Shown: positions 14,065 to 29,152 of the stretch, piece by piece
Layout of the letters: each line of letters starts with the position of its first letter
How positions within the stretch are numbered: the first letter of the stretch is position 1
From: Octopus vulgaris
Lineage: Eukaryota
DNA: 64,000 bases
Reading direction: 5' to 3'
NCBI GenBank assembly: GCA_951406725.2
Contig: OX597832.1
Location: 64,108,001 to 64,172,000, forward strand
Notes under the pieces: generated by a model
Told to the model about the DNA's origin: nothing
Databases searched by the model: none
Seen by the model: the letters and a program-made list of their open reading frames with translations, nothing else
Translations under genes and position numbers: made by a program

Positions 14065-14410
14065 CGGGATGATCATATTGTGTTTGTCAAATAGACACAC
14101 ACTATATTTTCGTTCTTCACTCGATTATGACTGTTCTTATTTTACCTTATGTCCATTGTCTGATAATATTTCATTACACATCTGTGACCTCTTCAGCGAT
14201 CCTGGCTAGAATGAACTAAGCAGAGCAGGAGGATACACGTGGATGGAAAGGGTCACTGAGAGGTCACAAACGTGTGACGAAATATTTCCAGACAATGGAG
14301 ATAAGTTAGAAAAAGAACCATAATAAACGAGCGAAAAATGAATATATAGTGTCTATTTGGCAAAAAAAGAAAAAAAAAGAAAAAAGAAAATTATGACCAT
14401 CCTGAAATAT
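14062..14410. mobile_element. Inverted pair of Penelope-like terminal repeats (family 3), each with a degenerate hammerhead motif
   Basis: 14062-14202 is the imperfect reverse complement of 14250-14410. The arms carry CTGAAGA-g-gtcac...GAAAT (minus) and CTGAGA-g-gtcaca/tgtgac-GAAAT (plus). The terminus resembles 47090-47240. Confidence 0.65.
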
Positions 14411-14477
14411 AAGAATATCTGTTTCAATACACGGTTTCTCTTCGGGAATCTTGTAACACTAATTCATTAACGTATGT

Positions 14478-14559
<82 letters not shown>

Positions 14560-14786
14560 ATTATGTGTATGTGTTTTTGTGCGTATACATAAACACACAA
14601 TAGAGTTAAAACAATGGACAATGGCAATTCAACCCATGGTACACGTGTTTCAGTAGCAAGGTACCTTTATTGTTTATATGTGATTTACGGCATACGTAAG
14701 GGAAATCCATTCTCTTAGCCTCTCATGTGCTGGGAGTTACTGAAGTAATAATAAGGATCAATGTGGTTATAACCAATTTCTCTCTT

Positions 14787-14787
<1 letters not shown>

Positions 14788-14848
<61 letters not shown>

Positions 14849-14920
14849 AATATACATACACACACATATATATATATATATATGTAAATATATATATACA
14901 TACATATATATATATATATG

Positions 14921-14999
<79 letters not shown>

Positions 15000-15042
15000 T
15001 ATATGTAAATATATATATACATATATATATATATATATGTAA

Positions 15043-15082
<40 letters not shown>
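14788..15082. repeat. Interrupted (AT)n array
   Basis: Visible, with periodic gtaaa/ac interruptions. Confidence 0.95.
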
Positions 15083-15086
<4 letters not shown>

Positions 15087-15520
15087 ATCTGTCATGCGCA
15101 AAAAACTGCAGTGCTACTCCAATTTACCGAAACTATTTATATTCCACGTATCGTCAAAATGGCTGGCTCGTCCTATTTAGAATGTCCGAAACAACCCAAG
15201 ATATATGTCGATAAAAAAAACTACCGAACAACTTACAGCAGTATGGAAATATTTTTGTATATCTGCTGAGAGATAACACTTTTTGCATTCATATAATTTA
15301 TTTATCAACGTAAATAAGAGAAGGTCTAGTGTGCAAATTATCGAGAAGACAGCTGAGTCTGACTGTTTGTCTGCTATGAAGCACTCGTATGACGATCGCC
15401 GCCATGTCTGTTTCTAGCTTCCTTAGAGAATATTAAGTATCTTTGTTGTTGGAGGTGAGGCTTGTTCTGTTGATTTTATCAGTGATCTGCTGAGATTTAA
15501 TTCGTAAATATTACACATGG

Positions 15521-15594
<74 letters not shown>

Positions 15595-15961
15595 ACACGA
15601 AAGAGAGGAAGAGAGAAAGAGAGCAGGGGAATTTAAAGTGTGTTGGTATGCGTTACATGTGGTGGATATTAAATGTGTAAATAACACACTACAAGCGTAA
15701 AATCAGTTAATTTTAATAACATTATTAATAGTAATTTCGAAGTGTCGGTGGTCTCCTACAACGTCATCTACATCAATACCCCGCCTATTGGGAGTTTTAA
15801 ATTGTTTAATTTTAATTGTTTTTATATTGTTCACATGTTGCAAAACCCTTTGTATCATCTTGTTTTTGTGTCTTATGCTGTTATATGTCTCTTAATGTAA
15901 TTTTATATAAGACATTGTGGCCAATAAACGAATTAATTATTATTATGATTATTATAATTAT

Positions 15962-16799
15962 TAAGACGGCGAGCTGGCAGAATCGTTAGCGTGCTGACCG
16001 AAATGCTTTGCGGTATAGCCCGTTCTGAGGCGCTTTAAGGACCTCGTGGAAAAACGCACAGAAGCCACGGGCGCCTGAACAACAGGGCACGAGCCCTTCT
16101 CTTTTTGTTTATAGGTGCGCGCTCAGAATTAGTCCTTTCACACTGGCCATTCTTCCAGCATTCACCTAATGCGAGCTGACAGAATCGGTAGCACGCCGGT
16201 AAAAAATACTTAGCGACATTTCGTCCGTCATTACGTTCCGAATTCAAATTCCATCGCGGTCGATTTTGCTTTCATTCTTTCGGATCGATAAATAAATTAT
16301 CAGTGAAACACTGGAGTCAGTGAAATCTACTATCCCCCTCTCCCAATTTTCTGGCCTTATGCCTAGATTATTCTTCTTCTTCTTATTATTATTATCATTA
16401 AGGCAGACGAGCTTGGCAGTATCGTTAGCACGACGGGCGAAATGCTTAGCGGTATTTCGTCTGCCGTTACGTTCTGAGTTCAAATTTCGCCGAGGTCGAC
16501 TTTGCCTTTCATCCTTACGGGGTCGATAAATTAAGTACCAGTTACGCACTGGAGTCGATGTAATCGACTTAATACCTTTGTCTGTCCTTGTTTGTCCCTT
16601 CTATGTTTAGCCCCTTGTGGCTAATAAAGAAATAGGTATTTCTCCCGTTGCTACGTTCTGCGTTCAAATTTCGCCGGGGTCGACTTTGCCTTTCATCCTT
16701 TCGGGTTCGACAAATTAAATACCGGTTGAGTACTGGGGTCTATGTTATCCACTTGTCCCCCTCCCCCAAATTTCCGGCTTTGTGGCTATAGTAGAAAGG

Positions 16800-16842
<43 letters not shown>
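15962..16842 (+). mobile_element. Tandem cluster of SINE family A copies, including a dimer at about 16400-16800
   Basis: Repeated heads g(a)cg(g)cgagctggcagaatcg and cores gactttgcctttcatcc, separated by (TTA)n. Confidence 0.85.
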
Positions 16843-17439
16843 GATGCTGTCCTAGTCAGGTGTCTTTTTAGGTTGCTCCTCGAAGCGAAGGATTTTTATT
16901 GCATGGAATAAGAATTTTATTGAACTTTATCGCCGACGAATAGTTTAAAAAAAGTTTCGAGTCCATCCATGATTTAGACAAAGAAATATAAAGTTTCTTT
17001 CGTCTGTTATGTTTTTTTTTTAGAGAATTTTTCTTTTAATTTGTTGTTTATATTGTCTGTACAAAGAAAAATATAGCTACAAAATTTCCGAGCAACGCCC
17101 CCGAAAAGAAAAGTCATAAAGAACAAAACAACACATTTTCTAAACAGAAAAGCAAAGAAAAAATATTGGACCAGTCATTTAACTGTATGGCCAGATATAA
17201 ATATTGAAGATGAACAAAGGGAAAAAAACAGTATTTGAACAGCCAAAAATACTAGTTTGGATACCTGGAGTTGAAATGTTGTCAACGACGACGATAGCAA
17301 TGAAAATAATTGTAATACACACATACATATATACACTTTCTGACGAACGAAAATATATCCAGTTTTCCGCATGGCAACGCCGACTTTGCCTGTATACTAA
17401 ACAAAATGTTATACTGGGTGTGGCTTGAGCAAATAATAT

Positions 17440-17770
17440 CTCTATCTTTTACTTGTTTCAGTTATTGGACGGCGGCTCTGCTAAGGCATCTCCTTGAAAG
17501 ATTCTACTCAAATAGATTGACACACCCTGTGCTTATTCTTAAGTCTGGTGCCCATTTTATCGGTGAATTTTGCCAAACTGCTAATTTACACTGGTTGTGA
17601 AGCGATAGGGGACAAACACAGAATCAAGGGCACAAATACATACTTGACGTGCTTCCACACAGTTTCCGTCTATAAAATTCACTTACGAGGTATAAAGTGG
17701 CCTGCCCAGTGGCCGCGTAATGGGACTGAAACCGAAACCACGTGATTGGTAAGAGAGCTTCTTAAGCACA
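17440..17770 (-). mobile_element. Decayed SINE family B
   Basis: cagtttccgtcta...ggactgaaaccgaaaccacgtg matches the family B reverse complement. Confidence 0.7.
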
Positions 17771-18272
17771 TTTTCTGAAAATGGCAACATATCAATAACA
17801 GCTCAGAGCTTGCCTATACATGAGAGTACACACACACGCAGACACATACGTGTGTGTGTGTTTGTGTGTGTGTGTGTCTTCACTACTCGACTGCTTGAGA
17901 AATATTGTCCCTTTGTTACCGTCCCGGTCAGTTAGCGGTGCGGTAAAGCAACCTTCTTCAATGGTTGGCACGGCACCGTTTAATTATGAATAGGTACACC
18001 TGTGAATACTGCAGTTCACCATGTGGCCTTATACGTTATTGACGTAAAGGTTTGGTACTGCAAGCTTTGTAAAACACGAAAATCAATCCGTCACTGGTCA
18101 TACTTTGACAAAAGCCATGTGCCCCAGTATAACATCCTTTTAATTATTTACTGTTGGTCACGCGATATGTCATAAAATGATGCGATGTATGAATCTTCCG
18201 TACAAAGTAGAACTACGATCATAGATTGGAGCTAGCTTAAAAGCCGCCCCAAATGGTGGATTTTAAGATAGC

Positions 18273-18303
<31 letters not shown>

Positions 18304-18309
18304 GGAATT

Positions 18310-18456
18310 ATTTCAGTTTCCGTCTACCAAATCCACTCACAAGGCTCTGGTCGGCCCGAAATTATAATAGAAGACACCTGCTCTTGGTACCACGCAATGT
18401 AACCGAACCCGGAACCATGTGGTGGGGAAGTAAGCTTCTTACCACACAGTCACGCC
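18310..18456 (-). mobile_element. SINE family B 5' half
   Basis: tttcagtttccgtctaccaaatccactcacaaggc...gaacccggaaccatgtggt...cttcttaccacacag. Confidence 0.85.
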
Positions 18457-18478
18457 TCGCAGTGTATGTATGTATATG

Positions 18479-18559
<81 letters not shown>

Positions 18560-19125
18560 AAAGACAATAATAACAGGCACTGGATGGTAGCGGCACATGC
18601 AGCCTCAACTCCGCATGTGGGAAGCCACTTTTCTTCATGATCTTTGGATTCGAAGTATTGCCATTATCCTAATACTAAATTATGAAATACGTTACAAAAT
18701 ACACACTTAGGAAAATTACTGTATTTATATAATAAATATTTACTGATTATTCGATTTTCAAGAAAATTACTAGTTTGTATCGTCTCTAAAAAGCAATAGT
18801 TAATGGGAAATGGTATATCTTTACTTCATTTAAGATTCATGAAGCTAAATAGAGTTCAGTTAGTATAAAAATAATTAAATCAATAATTTGAAGTTCCCTA
18901 GAGGTGGCATAATTCATGTAAATAAGTAAATATCTACAATAATAAAATATCTCTAAAGTTAACAAAGAATCACGTGGTCGATGTACTGCGTAAAAGGTGT
19001 ACGAAAAGGAATAATTATTACTGTGTCAGATCCCGCGTAGGACACGTGAGAAAAAAAAAGAAAAAGGTTGTAATTAATGGGTTTCAGCGGAAGACTAATC
19101 AATGGTAAATGATTGTAAAGAAGGA

Positions 19126-19186
<61 letters not shown>

Positions 19187-19518
19187 GAAAGAGGACACAG
19201 AAATATGCGAGGTGTAATTTAATATACAAGTAAAGCTTTTACGCATATTAAATAGCATTAGCATTAATATGTATGACTCTATCATTCATATGTTTCTATA
19301 GCAAAGAATATATATTAAGGGACACACAGATACACACATGTATGGCCAGAATAATGATGAAGGCTGTAAAATACAATTAACGGGAAGGACACAATAGTGA
19401 CATGGATAAACCTATTTCATTAGCCAATTCTTTATCCAATGTCATTTCAGTTTCGGCGCAGGGCGATATTGGTCTCCCCCTATCTCCACTCCAACTTGTA
19501 TGTGTGTGTGTGTATGCG

Positions 19519-19550
<32 letters not shown>

Positions 19551-19783
19551 CATACACACATTGTGGTTAGGTTGTCGGACTCATGATCGGAAGAATGTAG
19601 TTTCTATTTCTTGAGTGGATGATTCGTTGTGTTCTTGTGTTCTTGTGCGAAACACTCCATTTCTCGTTGCTGAATTCCACTCATCTTGTTAAAATTACTA
19701 TTTGGATATATGCGCCACAGAAACCGGAAGACTGGCTAGATGAGTTTATATGACTTGGGAAGGATCTTTTTCCCTTTATATAT

Positions 19784-19837
<54 letters not shown>

Positions 19838-20206
19838 TGGCACTCCGTCGGTTACGATGACGAGGGTCCCAGTTGATCCAATCAACGGAACAGCCTGCTC
19901 GTGAAATTATCATGCAAATGGCTGAGCACTCCACAGACACGTGTACCCTTAACGTAGTTCTCGGGGAGATTCAGCGTGACACAGAGTGCGACAAGGCAGG
20001 CCCTTTGAAATACAGGTACAACAGAAACAAGAAGAAAGAATGAAAGAAAGTTGTGGTGGAAGAATACAGCAGGATTCGCCACCATCCATGCCGGAGCCAC
20101 ATGGAGCTTTAGGTGTTTTCGCTCAATAAACACTCACAACGTCCGGGATCGAAACTGCGGTCCTATGACTGCGAGTCCACTGCCCTAACCACTGGGCCAT
20201 TGCACC
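19838..20206 (-). mobile_element. tRNA-derived SINE family C
   Basis: tRNA-like head (reverse complement: gtgcaatggcccagtggttagggcagtggactcgcag...gtttcgatccc). The tail ggcactccgtcggttacga is shared with 43490-43800 and 58898-59220. Confidence 0.8.
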
Positions 20207-20829
20207 TTACACACACACACAAACACACACATAGAAACTGAGCTAAATATATATTTCATTTTTCTATCATCTGTCGAAACACATTTCGTAAGTAGCATCC
20301 ATTAGCGATGAAAGATAAAAATACTGAAACGTGTGTCTGCATGTGATAGAAGAAATGCTTATACAGAAAAACTTGACTACACCTAGATTTGAACTTCCAT
20401 TCTGAGATTCACATTGAAGGTTAATGTACTGACGAAGTACTATAAAAAATAATAAAAAAAACTTGCTTTTCATCATTACTTTACAGGAACCTGAAGTTAA
20501 TGCTCTACATCAAAAAAATATGGAAGTATTTCAACCCATCCCTTCAACCACACGATAAAAAAAAAAAAACGAGGGGAAAAAGGAATTTAGTGAAATATTC
20601 TGCTAAGTAGACTTAGAAAAATATCATGACATTGAGTTATTGAGAAAAATATCACAGACACACAAATATATGCAGACAGGCATTAATATACTCGTATATA
20701 AATAGAAATTTAAAGTGTGTCTATATATATATATATATACATGTGTGTGTGTACAGGTATTTATTTTTGTATACACATATGGTATATATGGTATATATAT
20801 ATATATGCATGTATATTAGATAGGTTTCG

Positions 20830-21395
20830 GCCACATTGGTCCAGGCTATAGCTAACTTAAAAGCACCACCTGGAAAATACTTTTAGTAATGTATTTTTGT
20901 ATAGTTATTTTTAGGCACCATTGCCTAACAGTTATTTGTAGCAGCATATCCGGGTGTAGGTGGTTTATCTGGAATTTGTTGGAGATATTCACCCATGAAC
21001 TTTTTGAAGGTTATGAAATATTTTTCCTTCTTTATATGTTTTGTAATTGATGTCTTAGTGTTATGATGTGCTGAGAGCACGATTTCTGTAGAGGACGCAT
21101 GGCACGAGGACCAAGCCTTGGGTGGATTTTAAAAGTAATACCGATATCATTTGGGCAATACTGTCGGAACTATTTCCACATCATACAAATAATAAAGCGC
21201 TCTCGGCGGCGCTGGAGAGAATACAGTTTGAGATCCACGTGATGATCCTAATAATGAAGACCAGACTTGCCAGGAATTGTTTTGTAATTGATCTCCAGAG
21301 TGCTTCAAGACTTTTAATATCCTGGCTCGTGTAGGGAGACCATAGCGGACAACAGTATTCAAAGTGAGGGCGGGCGAAGGTAGAAAATAGAAATG
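20830..21395 (-). mobile_element. Decayed CR1/L2-like LINE 3' fragment
   Basis: Minus frame STFARPHFEYCCPLWSPYTSQDIKSLEALWRSITK matches the RP.LEY...WSP post-RT motif. Confidence 0.85.
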
Positions 21396-21496
21396 TGTAT
21401 ATAAATATATATATATAGTGAGAATTTTCAAAAAAATAAAAAGACGAAGACGGGTGCGTAAACAACAAACAGATGTATTAGGGAAGTGAGAAAGTT

Positions 21497-21532
21497 TTTT
21501 TACGTTTCCGGCCAACGCTCTTCGACAGAAAG
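21497..21532 (-). ncRNA. Degenerate hammerhead motif (family 2; CUGUCGA core) in a PLE terminal repeat spanning about 21420-21545
   Basis: Reverse complement cttt-CTGTCGA-a-gagcgttggccg-GAAAC-GTA-aaa. Inverted relative to the 22383 copy. Confidence 0.55.
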
Positions 21533-21797
21533 GAACACAGAAATATATAAATATATATATATAACAAAGTAAACTTGCAAGGTAGAGCCCGAGTGAAAAT
21601 ATATAAGAACCCCTCTTAACATTTTCTTATTATCAAAGACTGTATAACTGTATTTTAATACAACTATGATAACCAATTTTTAACACAACACAGATTACAC
21701 AAAGCTTTACATTACATTTTACTTTTGATAATTTTTTTAAAAAAGTGAAACTGGTCAAGTCAATAAACATCTTTAAAAGGCCTCTGAATTTTCAAAT

Positions 21798-21861
<64 letters not shown>

Positions 21862-22382
21862 ATATATATATATATATAATTATATAAAAATACATTACTA
21901 AATGTCTTTTCCTACCCACCTTCTCCCTTCCCCCTCTCCCTTCATCGTAACCCCACCCAACACAATCCGGCCCCGTCTTCCCTATCCATGCCATCCCACC
22001 CCACCCATCCCTTTCACCCACTCCCACATACACAACCTCTACCCCCACCCCACCCATGCTTTCACCACTCTCGCCTCTCCCAAATCCCAACACCACTATA
22101 CCATACTACACAACACTACATCACATCACCACGCACACACTAGCACTGACCACTTCCAGCACCCACACCATCATTCACACAGCTACACATGCATACACGC
22201 ACACGTCAAGGTTACCAGCCCTCTTTCACACGTACATACATGCTCTCTTTGGGTTCACCACTACTTTATTATCTCCCCTTCTTCCTAGCTCTCCTGTGTG
22301 ACCCATCTGTCCGGCATTCGCCATGATAGATCACTAGCCACTACAGATTCATTATGGTCCCTCCCTGTTTCTGTCTGTGTTC

Positions 22383-22418
22383 CTTTCTGTGGAAGAGCGT
22401 AGGCTCGAAACGTTAAAG
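22383..22418 (+). ncRNA. Minimal hammerhead motif (family 2; CUGUGGA core) in a PLE 3' region spanning about 21900-22510
   Basis: cttt-CTGTGGA-a-gagc(gtag)gctc-GAAAC-GTT-aaag, with helix I and helix II perfectly paired. Confidence 0.75.
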
Positions 22419-22507
22419 ACTTTTCACTTCCCGAGCCTTAAACTAGTACATCTGTTTGTTGTCTACACCACCTGTCTTCGTCTTTTGTTTTTTTTGTGAA
22501 TTCTCCC

Positions 22508-22582
<75 letters not shown>

Positions 22583-22607
22583 ATTTATATGTATATAAAT
22601 GTATATA

Positions 22608-22672
<65 letters not shown>

Positions 22673-22935
22673 CATATATATATATTTATATGTAGAGAGA
22701 GAGAGAGATAGATAGATAGATAGAGATAGAGAGAGAGAGAGAGAGTGAGAGAGAGAGAGTGAGAGAGAGAGAGAGATGTATGCACAGTTTTCAGCTGAAA
22801 GATAACAAGAAACGAGTACGCCTTTTATAAAATGAGAGCTTAAATATTTAAGATGCTGCGATTACTCTCTGTTGCAACTCGGAGACTTACGAAAGGACAC
22901 TAACCACATAAGACGAACACACACGAACGTATACA

Positions 22936-22981
<46 letters not shown>

Positions 22982-23283
22982 TTTGTATAAGTACACATAC
23001 ATATCTATACACACACATACATATATGTGTACACACAAGATCAAATGTATGCGTGTAGGTGGGTGGGAATTTTTATTTTTCAGAATTATTCTGCATCTAG
23101 TTTAATAGAATTAATACATAAATACCTGCTTTACTTCATTAAACACGCATATATACACTCAGGAATATATATAATTGGACACATACTTTCATACCTATAT
23201 ACATACAGACATGCAGTAACACATCCACTCATACTACATTCGTATATAGAAACACACACACGCACGCACACATACACACACAC

Positions 23284-23339
<56 letters not shown>

Positions 23340-23714
23340 GTATATATGTACACATACGCGCATAAACATATGCGCATACATACTTGCAACCAATATTTCA
23401 ACACGCCAACTAACATACCTGCTTCCCCATCTCTCTCACCCCCAACTTCCTACTTCTAATGTAATTTTCTTAACCGTTTCAAAAGCTACAGTTGTCATCA
23501 CCAGTTGCTTGGTTTATCTATTGGTGATGACACAGCTGTGAATTCATAACCAAACACCCATAAACTCGGTAGTCTTTCAAAGTGTCAAACGAACAGCACA
23601 ACTATAAATTATGACGTGTGATCATGGTTCCCTGTGCAACAATTGCGCATAAGACGTCTTATGCTGCGTATTTCATCTGTTACAATAATTTGTGATTCAT
23701 ACATACGCCCATAC

Positions 23715-23765
<51 letters not shown>

Positions 23766-23871
23766 ATACATACATGATTTATGAATAATATGTGTACCAT
23801 TACTAAGCGTATATGTCCGTATGATTAATGTATTGTGTCCACGCATACTAATAAGCATGCTTCGTATGTGT

Positions 23872-23952
<81 letters not shown>

Positions 23953-24384
23953 ATTTCTGTTTTGCTTAAGCATTACAATACTAATGACGTGGTGTAGAAC
24001 TCAATATATGTGTTCTTCTGAACGAAACGTTAGTCGAGTACAGAGCGGTAATAAGAAAATGAAATGGCAAAAGAATAAACGATTACCTTTTGATCTTCAT
24101 TAATTGTAAGCTAATAAGATAATCATTTATTTCCTAGTAATCTCTTTCTTCTTCTTCTTCTTCTTCTTCTTCTTCTTCTTCTTCTTCTTCTTCTTCTTCT
24201 TCTCTTTGTTTATCTATATTCTTTTTATCTTTTTCTTGTTTCAGATATTGGACTGTGATCATGCGGGAGCACCACCTTCGAGTCTTTTAATTAATCAAAT
24301 TAAGGCCAGTACTTGTTACTTTTTAATCTGATACTTAACTTATCGATCTTTTCTGCCGAAAAGCTAAGTTACAAGTACGTAAGC

Positions 24385-26290
24385 AAACGAACCGGTGTAT
24401 CCTGCCACGATGTGGATTCATCTGAGATACCAGATGAAAATTTGCCCAAATGTTCTTTGAAGATCTTCACATCTACATCTCGCAGATCTCTGAAATTTGT
24501 TGGCAGAATGTTGAACCGTTGTGAGCCCTTGAAACCTAAGCTGTTACAATACTGGATTCTTATTGATCTGTACTTCTTTAATCGTTTAAGCAATCTAGAA
24601 AATGAAATTTAAAGAAACTTCAGTTTCTGAAATAATGATGATGATGATTTCTTTATTGACGACAGAGGGTTTACATCTAATAATAAATGTCCCGATGTGG
24701 TACCAGGCAGTGGCTCTCATGGCGTCTTATGGATCTTTGGTTCTATTCAATGCTGTCCAGTTCGGTGGTTTATATAGCTTTCAATTCCAAAGTTGGATGT
24801 TAGATCTTCGAAGATCTTACATATGTATGTCACTGTATATCTTTCGTGTGTTCTCTCTACGGACTAGAACCTCATTTCCTTTAGCTTCTGCCAGTGGCTC
24901 ATCTGTTTCACCGAGTCAATCCTCTTTGTGTAGTGGCGTTGGATTGTCCCGAGAACTGCTGCTAGTGTAACGCTCTTTGACGATCACGGTTAGGAGCAGT
25001 AATCTAGGGCACTGAGAACGAATGTTCTGCTTCAGAGTAGTATGGTATCCTTTTATCCTTTTACCTGGTTCAGAATAACTTCAGAATCATTCCATCCATC
25101 CATCCATCCATTCATCCATCCATCCATCCATCCATCCATCCATCCATCCAACCGACCAACAACTCTGCTGCACAATGTTACCATCTTCGAAATCTGCACA
25201 TGGAATATTGTATCAGTATTCATGCAGATTCCCAGGTCACGCACCAACTCTGGAATTGCACCATTCCCTGGTTGTGTGTATTCCTATAGACTGTAGGCTG
25301 GTAGTATACTTTTTGGAACTTCTCAACATTGAACTGCATGTAGTTTTCCGTAGCCACTTGTAAAGAATACAAAATAACTATTCAGGTTTTTCTTTGCCGT
25401 TTTAGGGCGTCATACGGGTTTTGGTCGCCTGCGATACTTTTGTGATCATCAGTATATCTGGTGAGAGTGGCTCACTACATAGCTGACAGTATGTCTGAGA
25501 GAACTACTACAAAAATTAGTGGGCTCACAACAGTGCCCAGAGGAGCTCCGCTGCGAATTGATGTCTCCTCAGAGGGAGCACCCTTTGCTGCAACAGCCTG
25601 ACTTACGCCTTTTAAAAAGTTATGGAGCCTCTCTCCTATTTTTCCAGCGATACCGAAGTCACGCAGTTTGTGTCATGTTATCCCATGATCAACTTCGTCG
25701 AAGGCCTTGGCAAAGTCGAGATATATCGCATCCACATTTAAGTGGTTGAGCTGTTGTTTCAGTACCCAATCAGATTCCTGTAGTTGATGTGAGAGGTAGC
25801 TCTTTCATAGATGGAAGTAATGTTGTATTTTGTGAGCAAGTTATTTTCTTCTAGGAATATGATCAGTCCTCTTCTGACAATGCATTCCATGACCTTGCTA
25901 ACGTGTGAATTCAGAGATAGGTCTATAATTTTACTCTGCTTGCTTCTTTTTTTTCTTTTAAAATTTTGTGAACTTTACCACAAGGAAGCTTTAAAAGTGT
26001 ATCTGCAGTAGTTTTGCGAGAGCTTTTTTGGTTATCTTTAGGAAAACAGCCAAAAAACCATCTGGGCCCGTTGCTGAATTCTACTTCATCTCGGCAATGG
26101 CCGATATAATATCTGCTTCCTGTATGCCTATGTAATCGATGGTTGCCTCTTTTTTGTGTTCATCTACGGTGTTGAAGAACTCATCAGGTTTGCTTGCTTT
26201 TTGCATGCTTATTTCCCAGTGGAGAGATGAAAACGTTTTGGAATTGTTTATTTAGTATTTCACGTATCTGCAATTAGTGAGCCATTTTCT
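24385..26290 (-). mobile_element. Decayed CR1/L2-like LINE (RT region to 3' end), interrupted
   Basis: Minus frames give [46 protein letters not shown] and SLGFKGSQRFNILP...FKEHLGKF. Confidence 0.9.
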
Positions 26291-26775
26291 TCAAACCGAA
26301 GGCTTCACCCCCCCTCTCTCTCTCTCTCACACACACACACACGAGTGTACACTCCTATCGTAAATCTCAATTTCTTGCTAAACAACCTACACATATTTGT
26401 TTTATAGTGATCAAATGCTCACTCCCTCCAACGAATCGACATTACCTGTATAGGTGCATGATGTTCCACAGGCCAGATGTCGAAATGATCGCAGTGCAAC
26501 GTGAAATGAAGGTCCTTACTCAAGAACATAATGCACCGCACACTCGGAGGAATCGAAATCAGGATCTTACGATGACGAGTGTAATACATTAATCACTCGG
26601 CCACATCAAATCCGAGCGCTATCGGTCTCAGATATTTGCTAATGGTAATCATATGTCATCTCATGAAGTAGTACAGCCTGCATGTTGTTACACTGTCGGG
26701 GACCAAAATCCAGTTGGCTCATTACGTTTCCTAGGGCGAGGTGCATCAAGAAAGTAAACGGTCCACCAGTAGTGT

Positions 26776-26821
<46 letters not shown>

Positions 26822-26822
<1 letters not shown>

Positions 26823-27327
26823 TAGCAGTATCGCCCGGCGATGCTCGGGTTTGTAAGGGAAATAACTATATAAGCATTTTTAGAGAGTTACTTCCCTTAT
26901 AAATTCGGGCTTTCTTAGCCATTTTTGTTTTGGTGTCTTCAAGCCATGAAGTCGTTGTTCTAAAAGAACGCTGGTCTCCTTCACAACGCATTACGACGTT
27001 GATTTCTTTACACTCCCTTCCCCACAGTTTCACGAGGGAGGGAAGGGGGAGAAGCAAACAGGTGCAGCTGTGAGCGTGGACGCCAACTCCGCCGCCATCG
27101 ACACACGATGCATTTTATGCATTAAAATGGAATAAAAAATGATGTTAAATTATTTTTAAAATCGTAGACTCATCGTTGACGCGCGCTAATAGTCAGACGG
27201 GCTCGATATGAATCACGACTATAAGATACCCGAATTTGGTTAAACTGCACCGCAAAATGTGGGAGGAGTTAGGAATCTAAATCGAAGGGGACAGACACTC
27301 ACACAACTAGAGTTTTATATATATAGA
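26822..27327 (-). mobile_element. Non-autonomous Helitron
   Basis: The minus strand starts A|TC (27327) and ends CTAG|T (26822), with a GC-rich subterminal hairpin cccggc-gat-gctcggg. No TSD; inserted in (AT)n. Confidence 0.75.
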
Positions 27328-27702
27328 TATATATATATCGGCCAGATTATCAGGTCTTGTTACACAGCGTTGATCATGTTGCGCTTCCTCGCATTGCTTT
27401 AGCTTCCGAATGATGCGACCATGCTGGCTGTGCGGACAAGCCAACCTTCCCTCTGAACGGAACGCCAGTCCGTTGCAAGGTTTACTCGTTTTTGCCGGAT
27501 GAGTGGAATGGAGCAGTGTGAAAGGAAGTGCTTTGCTCAAGAACACAATGTACTGCCGGTCTGGAAATTAAAATCACGATCTTGCAATAACAAGTGCAAC
27601 GCTCTAAGCACCTGGTCATGAACCTTGCACACATGTGCATTAATGTAAATCTGTGAGATAAGGTCTGTTCTCTCACCGAAGTGGTCATTGATTACACATA
27701 CA

Positions 27703-27920
27703 CACTAGGGTGTGCTAAAAGCTCCTGGTATTGGGTAAAAGAAAATACATGGATATCAGTTAATTATGATCTTATTCCACATATTCCTCTCGGCTTCACA
27801 CACTTATTACAATGGTTCTTCAGTGTTTTTAAGTCTTGTAAAAGAACTCGGATGGTTTGGGCTCCAACAAGGCCTTTAACGATACTCTTAGGGCCAGGAA
27901 CTTTTCAAAACCTCCTCGTA
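27703..27920. mobile_element. Mariner-derived MITE
   Basis: Degenerate TIRs agggtgtgctaaaagctcctgg / ccaggaacttttcaaaacctcctcgta. Confidence 0.6.
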
Positions 27921-28139
27921 TAAATACATTCGCACCATATGTATATTGTTTTGGCCCTGCCAGCTATTCCCAGTAGTAAAAGGGCAATATTATGGCACAT
28001 AATGTGTGAGGAAGGAAACGGGAACAGAATCAACCGTCAGCAGTAGACCGGTCCTTAATTTGTTGACCACGGAATGATGAACGTCAGAGTTGACCCTGAT
28101 TCAGTCGAACGAATCGGCCCTAATACTACGTAGCTTTTT

Positions 28140-28246
28140 GTAAAGCCTCGTACTTATTCTATCGGTCTCTTTTGTTGAAACGCAAAGTTACGGGTACGTC
28201 TAAACTATAACGCCAGTTGTTAAGCGTTGGTGGGAAACATACACAT

Positions 28247-28283
<37 letters not shown>

Positions 28284-28440
28284 ATGAGCTTCTTTCAGTT
28301 TCTGTCTACCTAATCCACTCACAACGCTTTAGGTGGCCCGTGGCTATAGTAGAAGACATCTGGCCAAATTGCCATGCAGTGGGACTGAACTTAGAACAAT
28401 GTGGTTGGTAAACAAGCTACTTACCACACAGTCACACCTG
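28140..28440 (-). mobile_element. SINE family B
   Basis: tacttattctatcggtctcttttg...tttcagtttctgtctacc...gggactgaac...cttaccacacag. Confidence 0.8.
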
Positions 28441-28597
28441 ATGCATGCGTATATGTATACATTAATATAAGTATATATTCATTTATATTTGTTGGGCTAT
28501 AGAAATGTATTCACACACGCACACATATGTATACATGTGTCTATGGTTAGGCTGGAATATATATTACAAGCTTACGTGTGTGCATGTGTTTGTATAA

Positions 28598-29152
<555 letters not shown>

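Noticed and set aside
17175-17390. Minus-strand peptides resembling a cadherin TG.I motif (KTGYIFVRQK) and a signal-peptide-like stretch
   Set aside because: Donor sites are weak or absent; not distinguishable from chance.
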